64,000 nucleotides of DNA from Candidatus Aminicenantes bacterium (lineage in GTDB: Bacteria; Acidobacteriota; Aminicenantia; Aminicenantales; JAFGBC01), in the NCBI GenBank assembly GCA_963702005.1, contig OY969696.1:960001-1024000 (forward strand). Direction: 5' to 3'. Positions within the stretch are counted from its first letter, which is position 1, and every line of letters begins with the position of its first letter. Shown one piece after another: positions 44,647 to 53,348 of the stretch. Below the pieces are notes generated by a model. It was not told the DNA's origin. It ran no database searches and saw only the letters and a program-made list of their open reading frames with translations. Made by a program: the position numbers and the translations under genes.

Positions 44647-46689
44647 ATGAAACCAAAATTTTTTGGCGTTGCGTTTCTTGTATTGACAACTCTAATCGTT
44701 TTCGCGGCGGCCGCGGCCATTCGGCCGGCCCGGTTGACGCTCGATCAGAGCTTCGGCCCGACGCCGCTCTACTTCATCTCCAATCAAGGCCAGACGGCGC
44801 CCGCTGCCCGCTTCTATGCGAGAACGAGGGGCTACACGCTTTGGCTGACGAAACAGGGGCTGATCTTCGACGGGACGGATGGCGCGGCCTCCAGCCTTAT
44901 CTTTAAAAACGCCAACGCTGATGTCGCCATCTCGGCCGGCGATCCTTCGGACTATCGGGTCAGCTATTTCTACGGGACTAACGAGTCCGATTGGATTACC
45001 GACGTCCCGACCTCGCGGGCTGTTCTCTATAAAAACCTCTACGACGGCATCGACCTCAGAGTCTATGGGACTGAAAAGGAGATCGAATACGACTGGGTCG
45101 TTCGTCCCGGCGCGGACCCGAGCAACATCCGGTTTACTTATGAGGGAGCGCCGGCCGCGAAAATCGACGCCTCGGGAGACCTCGTCGTAAGCGCGGCCTC
45201 GGGCGAGTTCCGGCATCGCAAGCCAGCGGCTTATCAAGTCATCGACGGCAAGCGGATCGCCGTCGCCGCCTCGTTCCATAAGATCAACGATATTGGCTAC
45301 GGATTCGCGCTTGGCGCCTACGACCGCCTTTGCAGCCTCATCATCGATCCGCTCGTCCTGGTCTATTCGACCTACCTGGGTGGGTATAGTCTCGATGATG
45401 CCGATTCAGTAGCCGAGGACAAGACCGGCGCCATCTATGTCTCCGGCCCTACCGAGAGCCTCGATTTCCCCCCCTACCATGTCAGCCAACCCCGGAGGGA
45501 CTTATTCGTCACCAAGTTTTCTCCCGATGGGCAAACCCTTGTCTACTCGGACTTCTTTCCCGTCGGCCTAGCGTCCACTGACAACGCATTAGCGGTCGAC
45601 GACAAAGGCTTCGGCTATCTCGTCGGCAGCACGAGCAGCCGCAGCTTCCCCCTCAAGAACGCATTCCAGACGACGAATCACGGACATAACGACGCGTTCT
45701 TTCTGAAGTTGACGCCTAATGGCAAAGGCCTGGTCTTCTCTTCTTATCTGGGCGGCTCGCAAAATGATATGTGTACGGCCGTCGCCCTGGACGCTTCGGG
45801 CTACATCTATGTTGCGGGCAATACGAATAGTCGCGATTTCCCCACTCTCAAAGCCTATCAGAAGACTTATGGCGGGACTATGGACGTCTTTGTCTCCAAG
45901 TTCACGCCCGACGGGAAGAGCTTGGTCTATTCCACCTACCTGGGCACATCCGCGAATAATTACGTGGGGGGGCTTGCCGCTGACAGCGCCGGAGCCGCCT
46001 ACGTCGTTGGCGACACTTTTAGCACGGGCTTTCCCATCAAGAATGCGTTCCAGCCCCAGTTCGGGGGAGGGAGCAATGATGGCTTCTTCACGAAGCTATC
46101 CTCTGCCGGTGACCAACTTATCTATTCCAGCTATCTGGGAGGGTCCGGCAACGATAGCTGCAATAGGATTGCGGTCGACGAAGCGGGGGCCGCTTATATA
46201 ACAGGGATGGCATCCGGCCCATTCCCGATTAAAAATGCGTTTCAACCAAGCCGGAAAGGATCTCAGGACGCATTTGTTACCAAGGTCGCTCCTGATGGCC
46301 AAACCCTGATCTATTCCACCTACCTCGGAGGGGCGGGAACCGATGGTGGCAGCAGTATTGCGATAGACGGGAGCGAAAAAGCTTATGTGGGAGGGTGGAC
46401 TTACAGTCGAAATTTCCCTCTAAAAAAAGCCTTTCAAACCATCCTCAAAGGGAGCAATGACGGCTTCTTAACCATCTTTTCGCCTGACGGAAAAAGCCTT
46501 GTCTCTTCGACTTATTTGGGCGGTTCCTATAGAGAAGGCTGCAACGCCATTAAGCTCTGCGCCGACGGAAAAATTCTAGTCTCCGGATGGACGAACAGTC
46601 TCGACTTCCCAACCCTCAAGCCCTTTCAAAAATCGCTCAAGGGGGACGCTGACGCTTTCATACTGAAGTTTAAGTTGACGTCCGATTGA
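44647..46689 (+). CDS. SBBP (beta-propeller) repeat protein
   Basis: Repeated YSTYLGG...G.T.S.DFP..AFQ...D.F..K units. Confidence 0.92.
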   Translation: MKPKFFGVAFLVLTTLIVFAAAAAIRPARLTLDQSFGPTPLYFISNQGQTAPAARFYARTRGYTLWLTKQGLIFDGTDGAASSLIFKNANADVAISAGDPSDYRVSYFYGTNESDWITDVPTSRAVLYKNLYDGIDLRVYGTEKEIEYDWVVRPGADPSNIRFTYEGAPAAKIDASGDLVVSAASGEFRHRKPAAYQVIDGKRIAVAASFHKINDIGYGFALGAYDRLCSLIIDPLVLVYSTYLGGYSLDDADSVAEDKTGAIYVSGPTESLDFPPYHVSQPRRDLFVTKFSPDGQTLVYSDFFPVGLASTDNALAVDDKGFGYLVGSTSSRSFPLKNAFQTTNHGHNDAFFLKLTPNGKGLVFSSYLGGSQNDMCTAVALDASGYIYVAGNTNSRDFPTLKAYQKTYGGTMDVFVSKFTPDGKSLVYSTYLGTSANNYVGGLAADSAGAAYVVGDTFSTGFPIKNAFQPQFGGGSNDGFFTKLSSAGDQLIYSSYLGGSGNDSCNRIAVDEAGAAYITGMASGPFPIKNAFQPSRKGSQDAFVTKVAPDGQTLIYSTYLGGAGTDGGSSIAIDGSEKAYVGGWTYSRNFPLKKAFQTILKGSNDGFLTIFSPDGKSLVSSTYLGGSYREGCNAIKLCADGKILVSGWTNSLDFPTLKPFQKSLKGDADAFILKFKLTSD

Positions 46690-46696
46690 CGAAAAC

Positions 46697-46789
46697 CGCT
46701 TCGGCGGCCGCGACCGCTACTGATCGCCCAGTCTGAGAGCGAGTTCGGCCAGGGCGGATATCCCGCAAGGGGCCTCCGCCCTTTTTTTT
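46697..46789 (+). pseudogene. RRM gene 3'-end relic 5 plus terminator
   Basis: GGCGGCCGCGACCGCTACTGATCGC (GGR.RY*) then terminator at 46752-46789. Confidence 0.85.
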
Positions 46790-46826
46790 AAGATTCTCCG
46801 CTTGAGTTGGCCTTTCAATTCGAAGC

Positions 46827-47756
46827 TCAAGGCTTCCGGTCGGAACCGAATAGAGGCTTCAGGGTGATATCCCCGTCCGAAGTCTTGATGGCGATGAGGC
46901 GGCCGCCCGAACCGAGGACCCCCTTGATGTCATGCTCCGCGTCCTTTTCTCGGACAGTCAGGGGCAGACGATTGTCAATATCACCGTCGCCCGTATGGAT
47001 CCAGACCTCGGCCGAAAAGTCCGGAGCCAGCGCCAGGTCGATGTGGCCATCCGATGCCCGTAAAATCCAATCGCTCGCCGCGAGGGATTCTGGAAGGGCT
47101 TCGACGGTGATGTCGCCGTCCGAGGTTTCGAGGTCAAGGGCCGTCAGAACGCCCCTCAGACGGATGTTTCCGTCCGAGGCGATGGCCTTGATTTCTCCCC
47201 GGACATCCTCGAGCTCGAGCTCACCGTCCGAGGCCCTCACCTCAATCCGGCCCTCGGCGCCGGTCAGGGTGATATCCCCGTCCGAAGTCTGCAGAGACAG
47301 ATTGCCCTTGATCCCGGAAGCCGAGATGTCCCCGTCCGAAGTATGGCATTCCAAACGGCAATCCCTGGGCAGAATGACTTCAGAACGAACTTGGACGCGC
47401 GGGGAGCCCCAGTTAAACAGGGAAGAGCTCCAGGTCCGCGGATAGCGAATCTCAATCCGGACGTCATTGTCCTGCTGTGAGACGTCGACCGTGATGCTGT
47501 CCATCAGGCTCCGGGCTCGCGCTTCGTCGCGAGCGTTTGTTTCTTTCCAGACCTTAAGAAAAACCTCCGACCCTTCGCCCGGGAGGAACTTGACATCGCC
47601 GTCCGAGTCCCGGAAGCTCACGCTCACCGGCTGGCCGGGGTTCAGGGGGAAGCGTTTCTCGAAGGTTGAAACCCGGGTTTCTCCGGCAAGGGCGACCGGC
47701 AGAGCCAAGGCCGCCAGAAAACACGCGCAAAGACTAAGGGCTCTTGTCTGGGGCAT
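46827..47756 (-). CDS. DUF4097 / putative adhesin beta-repeat protein
   Basis: Repeated TSDGDI/ASDG.I motifs; signal peptide. Confidence 0.9.
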   Translation of the reverse strand: MPQTRALSLCACFLAALALPVALAGETRVSTFEKRFPLNPGQPVSVSFRDSDGDVKFLPGEGSEVFLKVWKETNARDEARARSLMDSITVDVSQQDNDVRIEIRYPRTWSSSLFNWGSPRVQVRSEVILPRDCRLECHTSDGDISASGIKGNLSLQTSDGDITLTGAEGRIEVRASDGELELEDVRGEIKAIASDGNIRLRGVLTALDLETSDGDITVEALPESLAASDWILRASDGHIDLALAPDFSAEVWIHTGDGDIDNRLPLTVREKDAEHDIKGVLGSGGRLIAIKTSDGDITLKPLFGSDRKP

Positions 47757-47844
47757 GTTCCAATCTCCTTTACTTCTTACTACGAATCCGCCCGGCCGAA
47801 GGTTCCCAGGCAGGCCGGAAAAACCCCGTTTCTAGGGAGAGGCG

Positions 47845-47920
47845 ATGACATTTATTCGGGCGAATCGCGGGGCTTCGGCTTCAAGGCCATCTCCGCGCTC
47901 AACGGCAAGGACCTCAAGGG
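47845..47920 (+). pseudogene. doubly internally deleted RRM gene relic 6
   Basis: ATGACATTTAT joined to TATTCGGGCGAATCGCGGGGCTTCGGCTTC joined to AAGGCCATCTCCGCGCTCAACGGCAAGGACCTCAAGGG. Confidence 0.85.
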
Positions 47921-47981
47921 CTGGAACCTCATGGAATCTTGATTTCTTGACACCTGTCCGGGGCGGCGATATCCTTTCTTT

Positions 47982-50318
47982 ATGAGGAGAAGGGTGGATT
48001 CTGAGCCCGAGGACGAGAAGCACCTGATCGGGCAGACGGTGTCGCACTACCTCATCTTGGAGAAACTCGGCGGCGGCGGCATGGGGGTCGTGTATAAGGC
48101 CAAGGACACCCGGCTCAAGCGTCCGGTCGCCTTGAAGTTCTTGCCCGAAGCGATGTCCCGGGACCGGCACGCGCTGGACAGATTCGAGCGGGAGGCCGAG
48201 ACGGCCTCGGCCTTGAATCACCCGCACATTTGCACGATCTACGACATCGACAAGCATGAAGGCCGGCATTTCATCGCGATGGAGCTGCTCGAGGGCCAGA
48301 CGTTGAAACAGTGCATCGTTTCGAAGCGGCTGGGGGTGGCTAAGATCCTCACGATGGCGCTCGAGGTGGCCGACGGTCTCGAGGCCGCCCACGCCAGAGG
48401 GATCATCCACCGGGACATCAAGCCGGCCAACATCTTCGTCACCCGGCGCGGGCAGGCCAAGATCCTCGATTTTGGGTTGGCCAAGCTGGCGGCGGAACGA
48501 GGTGCCGTTGCCGAGATCCTTACGGCCCAGCTTGTGACGCGCACGGCCCCCGAGCCGCTGACAAGCCCCGGCACAACCGCCGGGACGGTGCCGTACATGT
48601 CCCCGGAACAGGCGCTCGGGAAAGACCTGGATGCGCGGACGGATCTATTCTCGCTGGGGGTCGTGCTGTACGAGATGGCGACGGGCCATTTGCCCTTCCA
48701 TGGGGACACGGCCGCCGCGCAGTTCGACAGCCTCCTGCACCAGGCGCCGACGCCTCCCGCGCTCCTGAATCCGGACGTTCCTGGCGAGTTGGAGCGGATC
48801 ATCAACAAGGCTCTCGAAAAGGACCGCGAGGCCCGTTATCAATCGGCCAGGGATCTGCAGGCTGACCTGACGCGGCTGAAGCGCGAGAGCGAGTCCGGAC
48901 GCGCGGCCGCGGCTTCCGTCGTCGCCGCGCCCCCGCGACTTCGATCGCTGGCGGTGCTGCCGTTCACGAACATGAGCGCGGACAAGGAGAACGAGTACTT
49001 CTGCGACGGCCTGAGCGAAGAGCTCATCAACGCCTTGAGCCATATCCGGGAGCTGAGGGTGGCGGCCCGGACCTCGGCCTTTGCCTTCAAAGGGAGAGAG
49101 ATCGACATCCGCGAGGTCGGGAAAAAACTGAACGTGGGCGCGGTTCTGGAAGGAAGTGTCCGAAAATCCGGACAGCGATTGCGCATCGCCGCTCAGCTCG
49201 TCAACGTCGAGGACGGCTACCATATCTGGTCCGGCCAATTCGACAGGGAAATGAAGGATATTTTTGACATTCAGGAAGAGCTATCACTGACCATCGTGGA
49301 TCATCTGAAGCTCGAACTGTTGACAGGCGAGAAGGAAAAAATCCTCAAGCGATATACGGAAAATCACGAAGCCTACGATTATTATCTGAAGGGACGCTAT
49401 TTCTGGTATCGACGCTATGAGAAGGGCATGCAAAAAGGCCTCCAATATTTTCAGCAGGCCATCGAAAAAGATCCCGGCTATGCCCTGGCCCACGTAGGAA
49501 TCGCCGACGCGTTCAACTTTCTCGGGCTCTTCGGTTTCATGCCGCCACAGCAGGCCTATTCGCGGGCCAGGGCGGCGGCGGAGAAGGCCCTGGAGATCGA
49601 CCCCGAGCTGGCCGAGCCTCATGCCTCTCTGGGCTGGATCGCCATGTGGTACGACTGGGACTGGCCGGCCTCCCAAAGACATTTCTTGAGGGCCATCCAG
49701 AAGAAACCGGATTATGCTCCCGCCCATATCTGGTATGGCAATTATTTCTGGTGCATGGCGCGTTTTGACGAGTCCATCCTGCAGATGCTGAAGGGCTGCG
49801 AACTGGAGCCTCTTGAGCCGGTCAACGCCACGCATTTGGGCTTGGCTGTCCACGTGGCGCGTCGTTTCGATGAGTCGATTGAAAAACTCCGCAATGTCAT
49901 CGAGTCGGATCCGGAGTTTTCGCTCGCGTATTGGTACCAGTCGTTTAATTTCTTAGCCAAAGGAATGTGGGCCGAAGCGATCGCCACGCTGCAAAAATTC
50001 GTCGAACTCACGGCGGGATCGATCATGGCGTTGTCCACATTGGGTTTTGCCTATGGCTCGGCAGGAATGAAGGATGAAGCTTTCAAGATTTTCGAGCGGC
50101 TGGACGGGCTGGCGAAAGATCGTTATGTCGGGCCCATCTATAGGGCTATGGTGTGGACAGGACTCGGCGAGAAGGACAAGGCGTTGGAGAATCTGGAAAA
50201 GGCCTATCGGGAGAAAGAATCGATCATGGCCTCCATCAAGACTTGGTGCATATTCGACAGCCTGCACTCGGAGCCAAGGTTCCAGGCCTTGCTAAAGAAA
50301 ATGAATCTCGATCAATGA
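47982..50318 (+). CDS. Hanks-type Ser/Thr kinase with TolB-N-like and TPR domains
   Basis: [30 protein letters not shown]; SLAVLPF.N domain; TPRs; start may be GTG 47994; promoter TTGACA-N17-TATCCT at 47947-47975. Confidence 0.95.
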   Translation: MRRRVDSEPEDEKHLIGQTVSHYLILEKLGGGGMGVVYKAKDTRLKRPVALKFLPEAMSRDRHALDRFEREAETASALNHPHICTIYDIDKHEGRHFIAMELLEGQTLKQCIVSKRLGVAKILTMALEVADGLEAAHARGIIHRDIKPANIFVTRRGQAKILDFGLAKLAAERGAVAEILTAQLVTRTAPEPLTSPGTTAGTVPYMSPEQALGKDLDARTDLFSLGVVLYEMATGHLPFHGDTAAAQFDSLLHQAPTPPALLNPDVPGELERIINKALEKDREARYQSARDLQADLTRLKRESESGRAAAASVVAAPPRLRSLAVLPFTNMSADKENEYFCDGLSEELINALSHIRELRVAARTSAFAFKGREIDIREVGKKLNVGAVLEGSVRKSGQRLRIAAQLVNVEDGYHIWSGQFDREMKDIFDIQEELSLTIVDHLKLELLTGEKEKILKRYTENHEAYDYYLKGRYFWYRRYEKGMQKGLQYFQQAIEKDPGYALAHVGIADAFNFLGLFGFMPPQQAYSRARAAAEKALEIDPELAEPHASLGWIAMWYDWDWPASQRHFLRAIQKKPDYAPAHIWYGNYFWCMARFDESILQMLKGCELEPLEPVNATHLGLAVHVARRFDESIEKLRNVIESDPEFSLAYWYQSFNFLAKGMWAEAIATLQKFVELTAGSIMALSTLGFAYGSAGMKDEAFKIFERLDGLAKDRYVGPIYRAMVWTGLGEKDKALENLEKAYREKESIMASIKTWCIFDSLHSEPRFQALLKKMNLDQ

Positions 50319-50378
50319 GATTCGAATCCTCTCGGGCGCATTTTTCGCGTCTCCCCAACAGCGCAGTTCTATCTGAGT

Positions 50379-50672
50379 CTAGTAGAGATAATCCGAAACA
50401 AGAATATCGCTAAAAACGGAAGGCAACTTCGCGGCTACGGCTTTATGCTTAGGATGGTCAAGATAGCTTTTCAAAGCGGCTTCGTCATCGAAATCAATAA
50501 ATAAGGCCATGCCATAGCGCACTTGGCCTCTGACTTCTAAAGCTTGACCCAGGACAAGATTATGCACTCCTGGTAGTTGCGTTAATATTTCAACAGCCTT
50601 TTTAGCAAACTCCTCTCGCTCAGGTTGATCGACCTCAGCCTTAAAATTGCTCATAACGATATGCCTTATCAT
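50379..50672 (-). CDS. Dabb (stress-responsive A/B barrel) protein
   Basis: MIRHIV..FK, F.D..AL..Y..HP.H; AGGAGG RBS. Confidence 0.88.
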   Translation of the reverse strand: MIRHIVMSNFKAEVDQPEREEFAKKAVEILTQLPGVHNLVLGQALEVRGQVRYGMALFIDFDDEAALKSYLDHPKHKAVAAKLPSVFSDILVSDYLY

Positions 50673-50832
50673 GTTCTCCTCCTACCATAGAATTAAGATG
50701 CTTTTTATTAATACAATCTAATAATAATCATATTGTACCGAATAAGCGAACCAAAGCATCATATTTTTCTCGATTTTACTACACATCAAAAACAAGCCCA
50801 TAGGCAAATGCGGCACGGCCTCCCGGCACGCC

Positions 50833-50878
50833 GTCGGCAATTCAATATTCGGGCGAATCGCGGGGCTTCGGCTTCGTC
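50833..50878 (+). pseudogene. RRM gene relic 7
   Basis: 32-nt exact match TATTCGGGCGAATCGCGGGGCTTCGGCTTCGT preceded by GTCGGCAA and TTCAA from the gene 5' end. Confidence 0.75.
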
Positions 50879-50924
50879 CCGACTGCATTTGGGCTATTGA
50901 CAACTTGCCGCGGCCGTCAATATC

Positions 50925-51797
50925 ATGCCCCTTGAAATGACTCCTGACGCTCCATCCGCAAACTCCCGTTCGGGGATCCTGGCCATGGCGGCGGCCGCGT
51001 TCCTGTGGAGCATCGCCGGGCTGTTCATCAAGGTGATCGACTGGAACCCCTTCGCCATCGCCGCGGCGCGCAGCGCCGTCTCGGCGCTGGTCATCCTCGC
51101 CTGGCTGAAGCGGCCGAAGATCCACTGGTCGGCTCCGCAGGTCGGGGCGGCCCTGGCCCAGGCGGCCACGATGCTGCTCTTTGTCGCCGCCAACAAGACC
51201 ACCACCGCAGCCAACGCCATCCTGCTCCAGTATGTCGGCCCGGTCTTCACCGCCATCCTCGGCGCCTGGATCCTCAAGGAGCGCGCCCGCTGGGAGCACT
51301 GGGCCTCCTTCGCCTTCGTCGCCGCCGGCATGATCCTGCTCTTCATGGACAAGCTGGGCGGCGGCCGCCCGCTGGGTAACGTCCTGGCCCTTTTGTCGGG
51401 GCTGACCTTCAGCTTCTGCTTCATATTCCTGCGCATGCAGAAAGACGCCTCGCCGCTGGAGTCGATCCTGCTGGCCCACGGCTTCACCGCCGCGACCGGT
51501 TTCGCCGTTGCCCTCTTTCTGCCCTGTCCCGTCTTCACCTGGAAGGCGGTCGGCGCCGTCGCCGTACTGGGTGTCTTCCAGGTCGGCCTGGCGTCCATTC
51601 TGTTCGCTTACGCCATCAAGCGCATCTCGGCCGTCTTCGCCAACCTGGTCGCCGTCATCGAGCCGGTCTTCAATCCGTTATGGGTTTTCCTGGCGCTGGG
51701 CGAAAAGCCGGGGGTCCATGCCATAGCCGGCGGCCTGATCATCATCGTCGCGGTGACGGGAGCTTCGATCATCGGAGCCGGCCGGGATCGGACATAA
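50925..51797 (+). CDS. EamA/DMT family transporter
   Basis: About 10 TM segments, ANAILLQY..PVF, IEPVFNP..V.L.LGE; start uncertain. Confidence 0.9.
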   Translation: MPLEMTPDAPSANSRSGILAMAAAAFLWSIAGLFIKVIDWNPFAIAAARSAVSALVILAWLKRPKIHWSAPQVGAALAQAATMLLFVAANKTTTAANAILLQYVGPVFTAILGAWILKERARWEHWASFAFVAAGMILLFMDKLGGGRPLGNVLALLSGLTFSFCFIFLRMQKDASPLESILLAHGFTAATGFAVALFLPCPVFTWKAVGAVAVLGVFQVGLASILFAYAIKRISAVFANLVAVIEPVFNPLWVFLALGEKPGVHAIAGGLIIIVAVTGASIIGAGRDRT

Positions 51798-51859
51798 GCC
51801 AGACGGCGGAAAGACGACTTGGGCTTTATTAAACCAAGATCTGGGCGGAGCTAGCCTCT

Positions 51860-52108
51860 GCCAATGACTGGCTGATGTCGCTCGAGCGATCGCTTCTGGC
51901 TGAAAAAGGGCTGCCCGGGCGCCCATGGTTCCGGCACCTCATCTATGCACCGCTGCCCTCCTACGCCGCCGAGACGCTCCCCGCCGTGCGCGAAGCCATC
52001 GAAGCCGCCAAGGCCGAGGACGCGAAGGCGCGCATCCGAGAGCTCGTCGCAAAGCTCGATAACGCGACATCCCACGCCCGCCGAATGAGTTCTTTTCAAG
52101 GTAACTGA
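51860..52108 (+). pseudogene. C-terminal fragment of M28 glutamate-carboxypeptidase-II-like protein (transferrin-receptor dimerisation domain)
   Basis: ND.LM.LERS.L...GLPGRPWFRHLIYAP...Y....LP...EAI. Confidence 0.75.
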
Positions 52109-52351
52109 AGCGGACCTCAAGGAGCTGTTCGGCCAGCACGGAACGGTTCAGACCGCGTCGGTCATCAAGGACAAGTATTCGGGCGAATCGCGGGGCTTCG
52201 GCTTCGTGGAGATGCCCGAGAAGGAAGAGGCCCTCAAGGCCATCTCTGCGCTCAACGGCAAGGACTTCAGTCCCCTTCGCGGGATTGCACGGACGTAAGG
52301 CTGTGGAGCTTCAGGGGCGGATTTCCCGGAAAGGGAAGTCCACCCTCTTTT
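52091..52351 (+). pseudogene. RRM gene relic 8 (divergent allele) with hairpin and diverged terminator
   Basis: Encodes FKVTEADLKELFGQHGTVQTASVIKDKYSGESRGFGFVEMPEKEEALKAISALNGKD; then TCCCCTTCGCGGGATT. Confidence 0.9.
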
Positions 52352-52699
52352 ATTTTTGGCGGTTTTATAGACTGGACTTCAACGCGAGGTTGGGAAGGCT
52401 GTCACGAGGCGGGAAATCGAACGCGGCGTTTCCGGAGGCCGATGAGGATGAAATTATCGCGCTCGGCTTTCTCGATCCTCTTGAGGGCCAGATCCAGAAG
52501 GAGCTTTCTCTTCTCCGGATCCCTCTTGATCGTTTTCCGGTATCTCCGGAGACCTAGGCGGTCGCGGAGAAGCAGCATCTCGCCGGAGGAGACCTTTTGT
52601 CGCATCCAGCCTGTCGACCTCATGAAGCCCCCTTGCCTTTGAGGGCCCGCAGCTCGGCCAGCGTGTTGTTCTCCGGAAGAGCCGCTTTCTTTTCGAGAT

Positions 52700-52914
52700 A
52701 GGTCCAGCGGCGCTTCCTCCTCGGGGAGCCCGGAAGCGGGAACCTCAACCGCGATGTCCAGCCCGGCGTGGATCCAATACCGGCCCTTCTTAACGAATCC
52801 CAGCTCTCGCAGCACAGCGTCCAGAGCGTCGCGGTCGGCGTAAGCCAGGTCGATGTCGGCGGTGAAATAAACCTCGCGCGTGTAATAGGATAGGGCTAGA
52901 CCTCCGATGAGGAT
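52700..52914 (-). pseudogene. nucleotidyltransferase-like (AbiEii/MNT-type) fragment
   Basis: ILIGGLALSYY...TADIDL motif; no in-frame start. Confidence 0.55.
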
Positions 52915-53015
52915 TTGATATTCACGGGATTATAATATCGACACCAGCGGGGAGAAACAAGCCCGGCCCCCCCCTAACGCGTTCCGGGTTGTCCGTCCCC
53001 ATGCTCAAGCCGTCA

Positions 53016-53214
53016 TTGATCCGTTTGCCAATACTAAGCCCTGCCCTTCATACCCATGAACCGGAAACGGTTCATGAGTACTGGCGCTCCAACGAGCATT
53101 CGTCCGTGGAGCTTCGGCCGGGAGGCAGCCTTGCAGCACCCACAAGCCGTCTCCGGCTTGTGAGTACTGCGAAACGCCTGCACTCATGGCTTCCATGAGT
53201 GTCGAGGGTTTGAC
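53016..53214 (+). mobile_element. IS200/IS605-like miniature element (copy 4)
   Basis: TTGATCCGTTTGCCAATAC left end, GAGTGTCGAGGGTTTGAC right end; shares hairpin modules with copies 1 and 2. Confidence 0.7.
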
Positions 53215-53238
53215 ATATTTTGAGCTCTCATTTATACT
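53210..53238 (+). promoter_or_regulatory. sigma-70 promoter whose -35 is the element right end
   Basis: TTGACA-N17-TATACT. Confidence 0.7.
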
Positions 53239-53348
53239 CCCACACGATGGGGGGATGGAACGATCGAGACGACACCGCTTCCTCAAACCGGCGCATCTAT
53301 CATACAAATCCCTAAAGAGTTTTTTGACATATCGCAAGGAGGTCATGA

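Noticed and set aside
26605-52351. RRM relics as reverse-transcribed retrocopies or a DGR template/variable repeat pair
   Set aside because: Several do end at the terminator, but no RT is in the window, the copy at 41999 extends past the U tract, some relics lack the 3' end, and differences are not adenine-specific; disfavoured rather than excluded
26605-52351. Relics as assembly artefacts
   Set aside because: Copies differ by substitutions, distinct deletions and independent insertions, which mis-assembly of one locus would not produce; read-level check still advisable
14568-53214. Dispersed palindromic repeats as a CRISPR array
   Set aside because: No regular repeat-spacer periodicity and no cas genes
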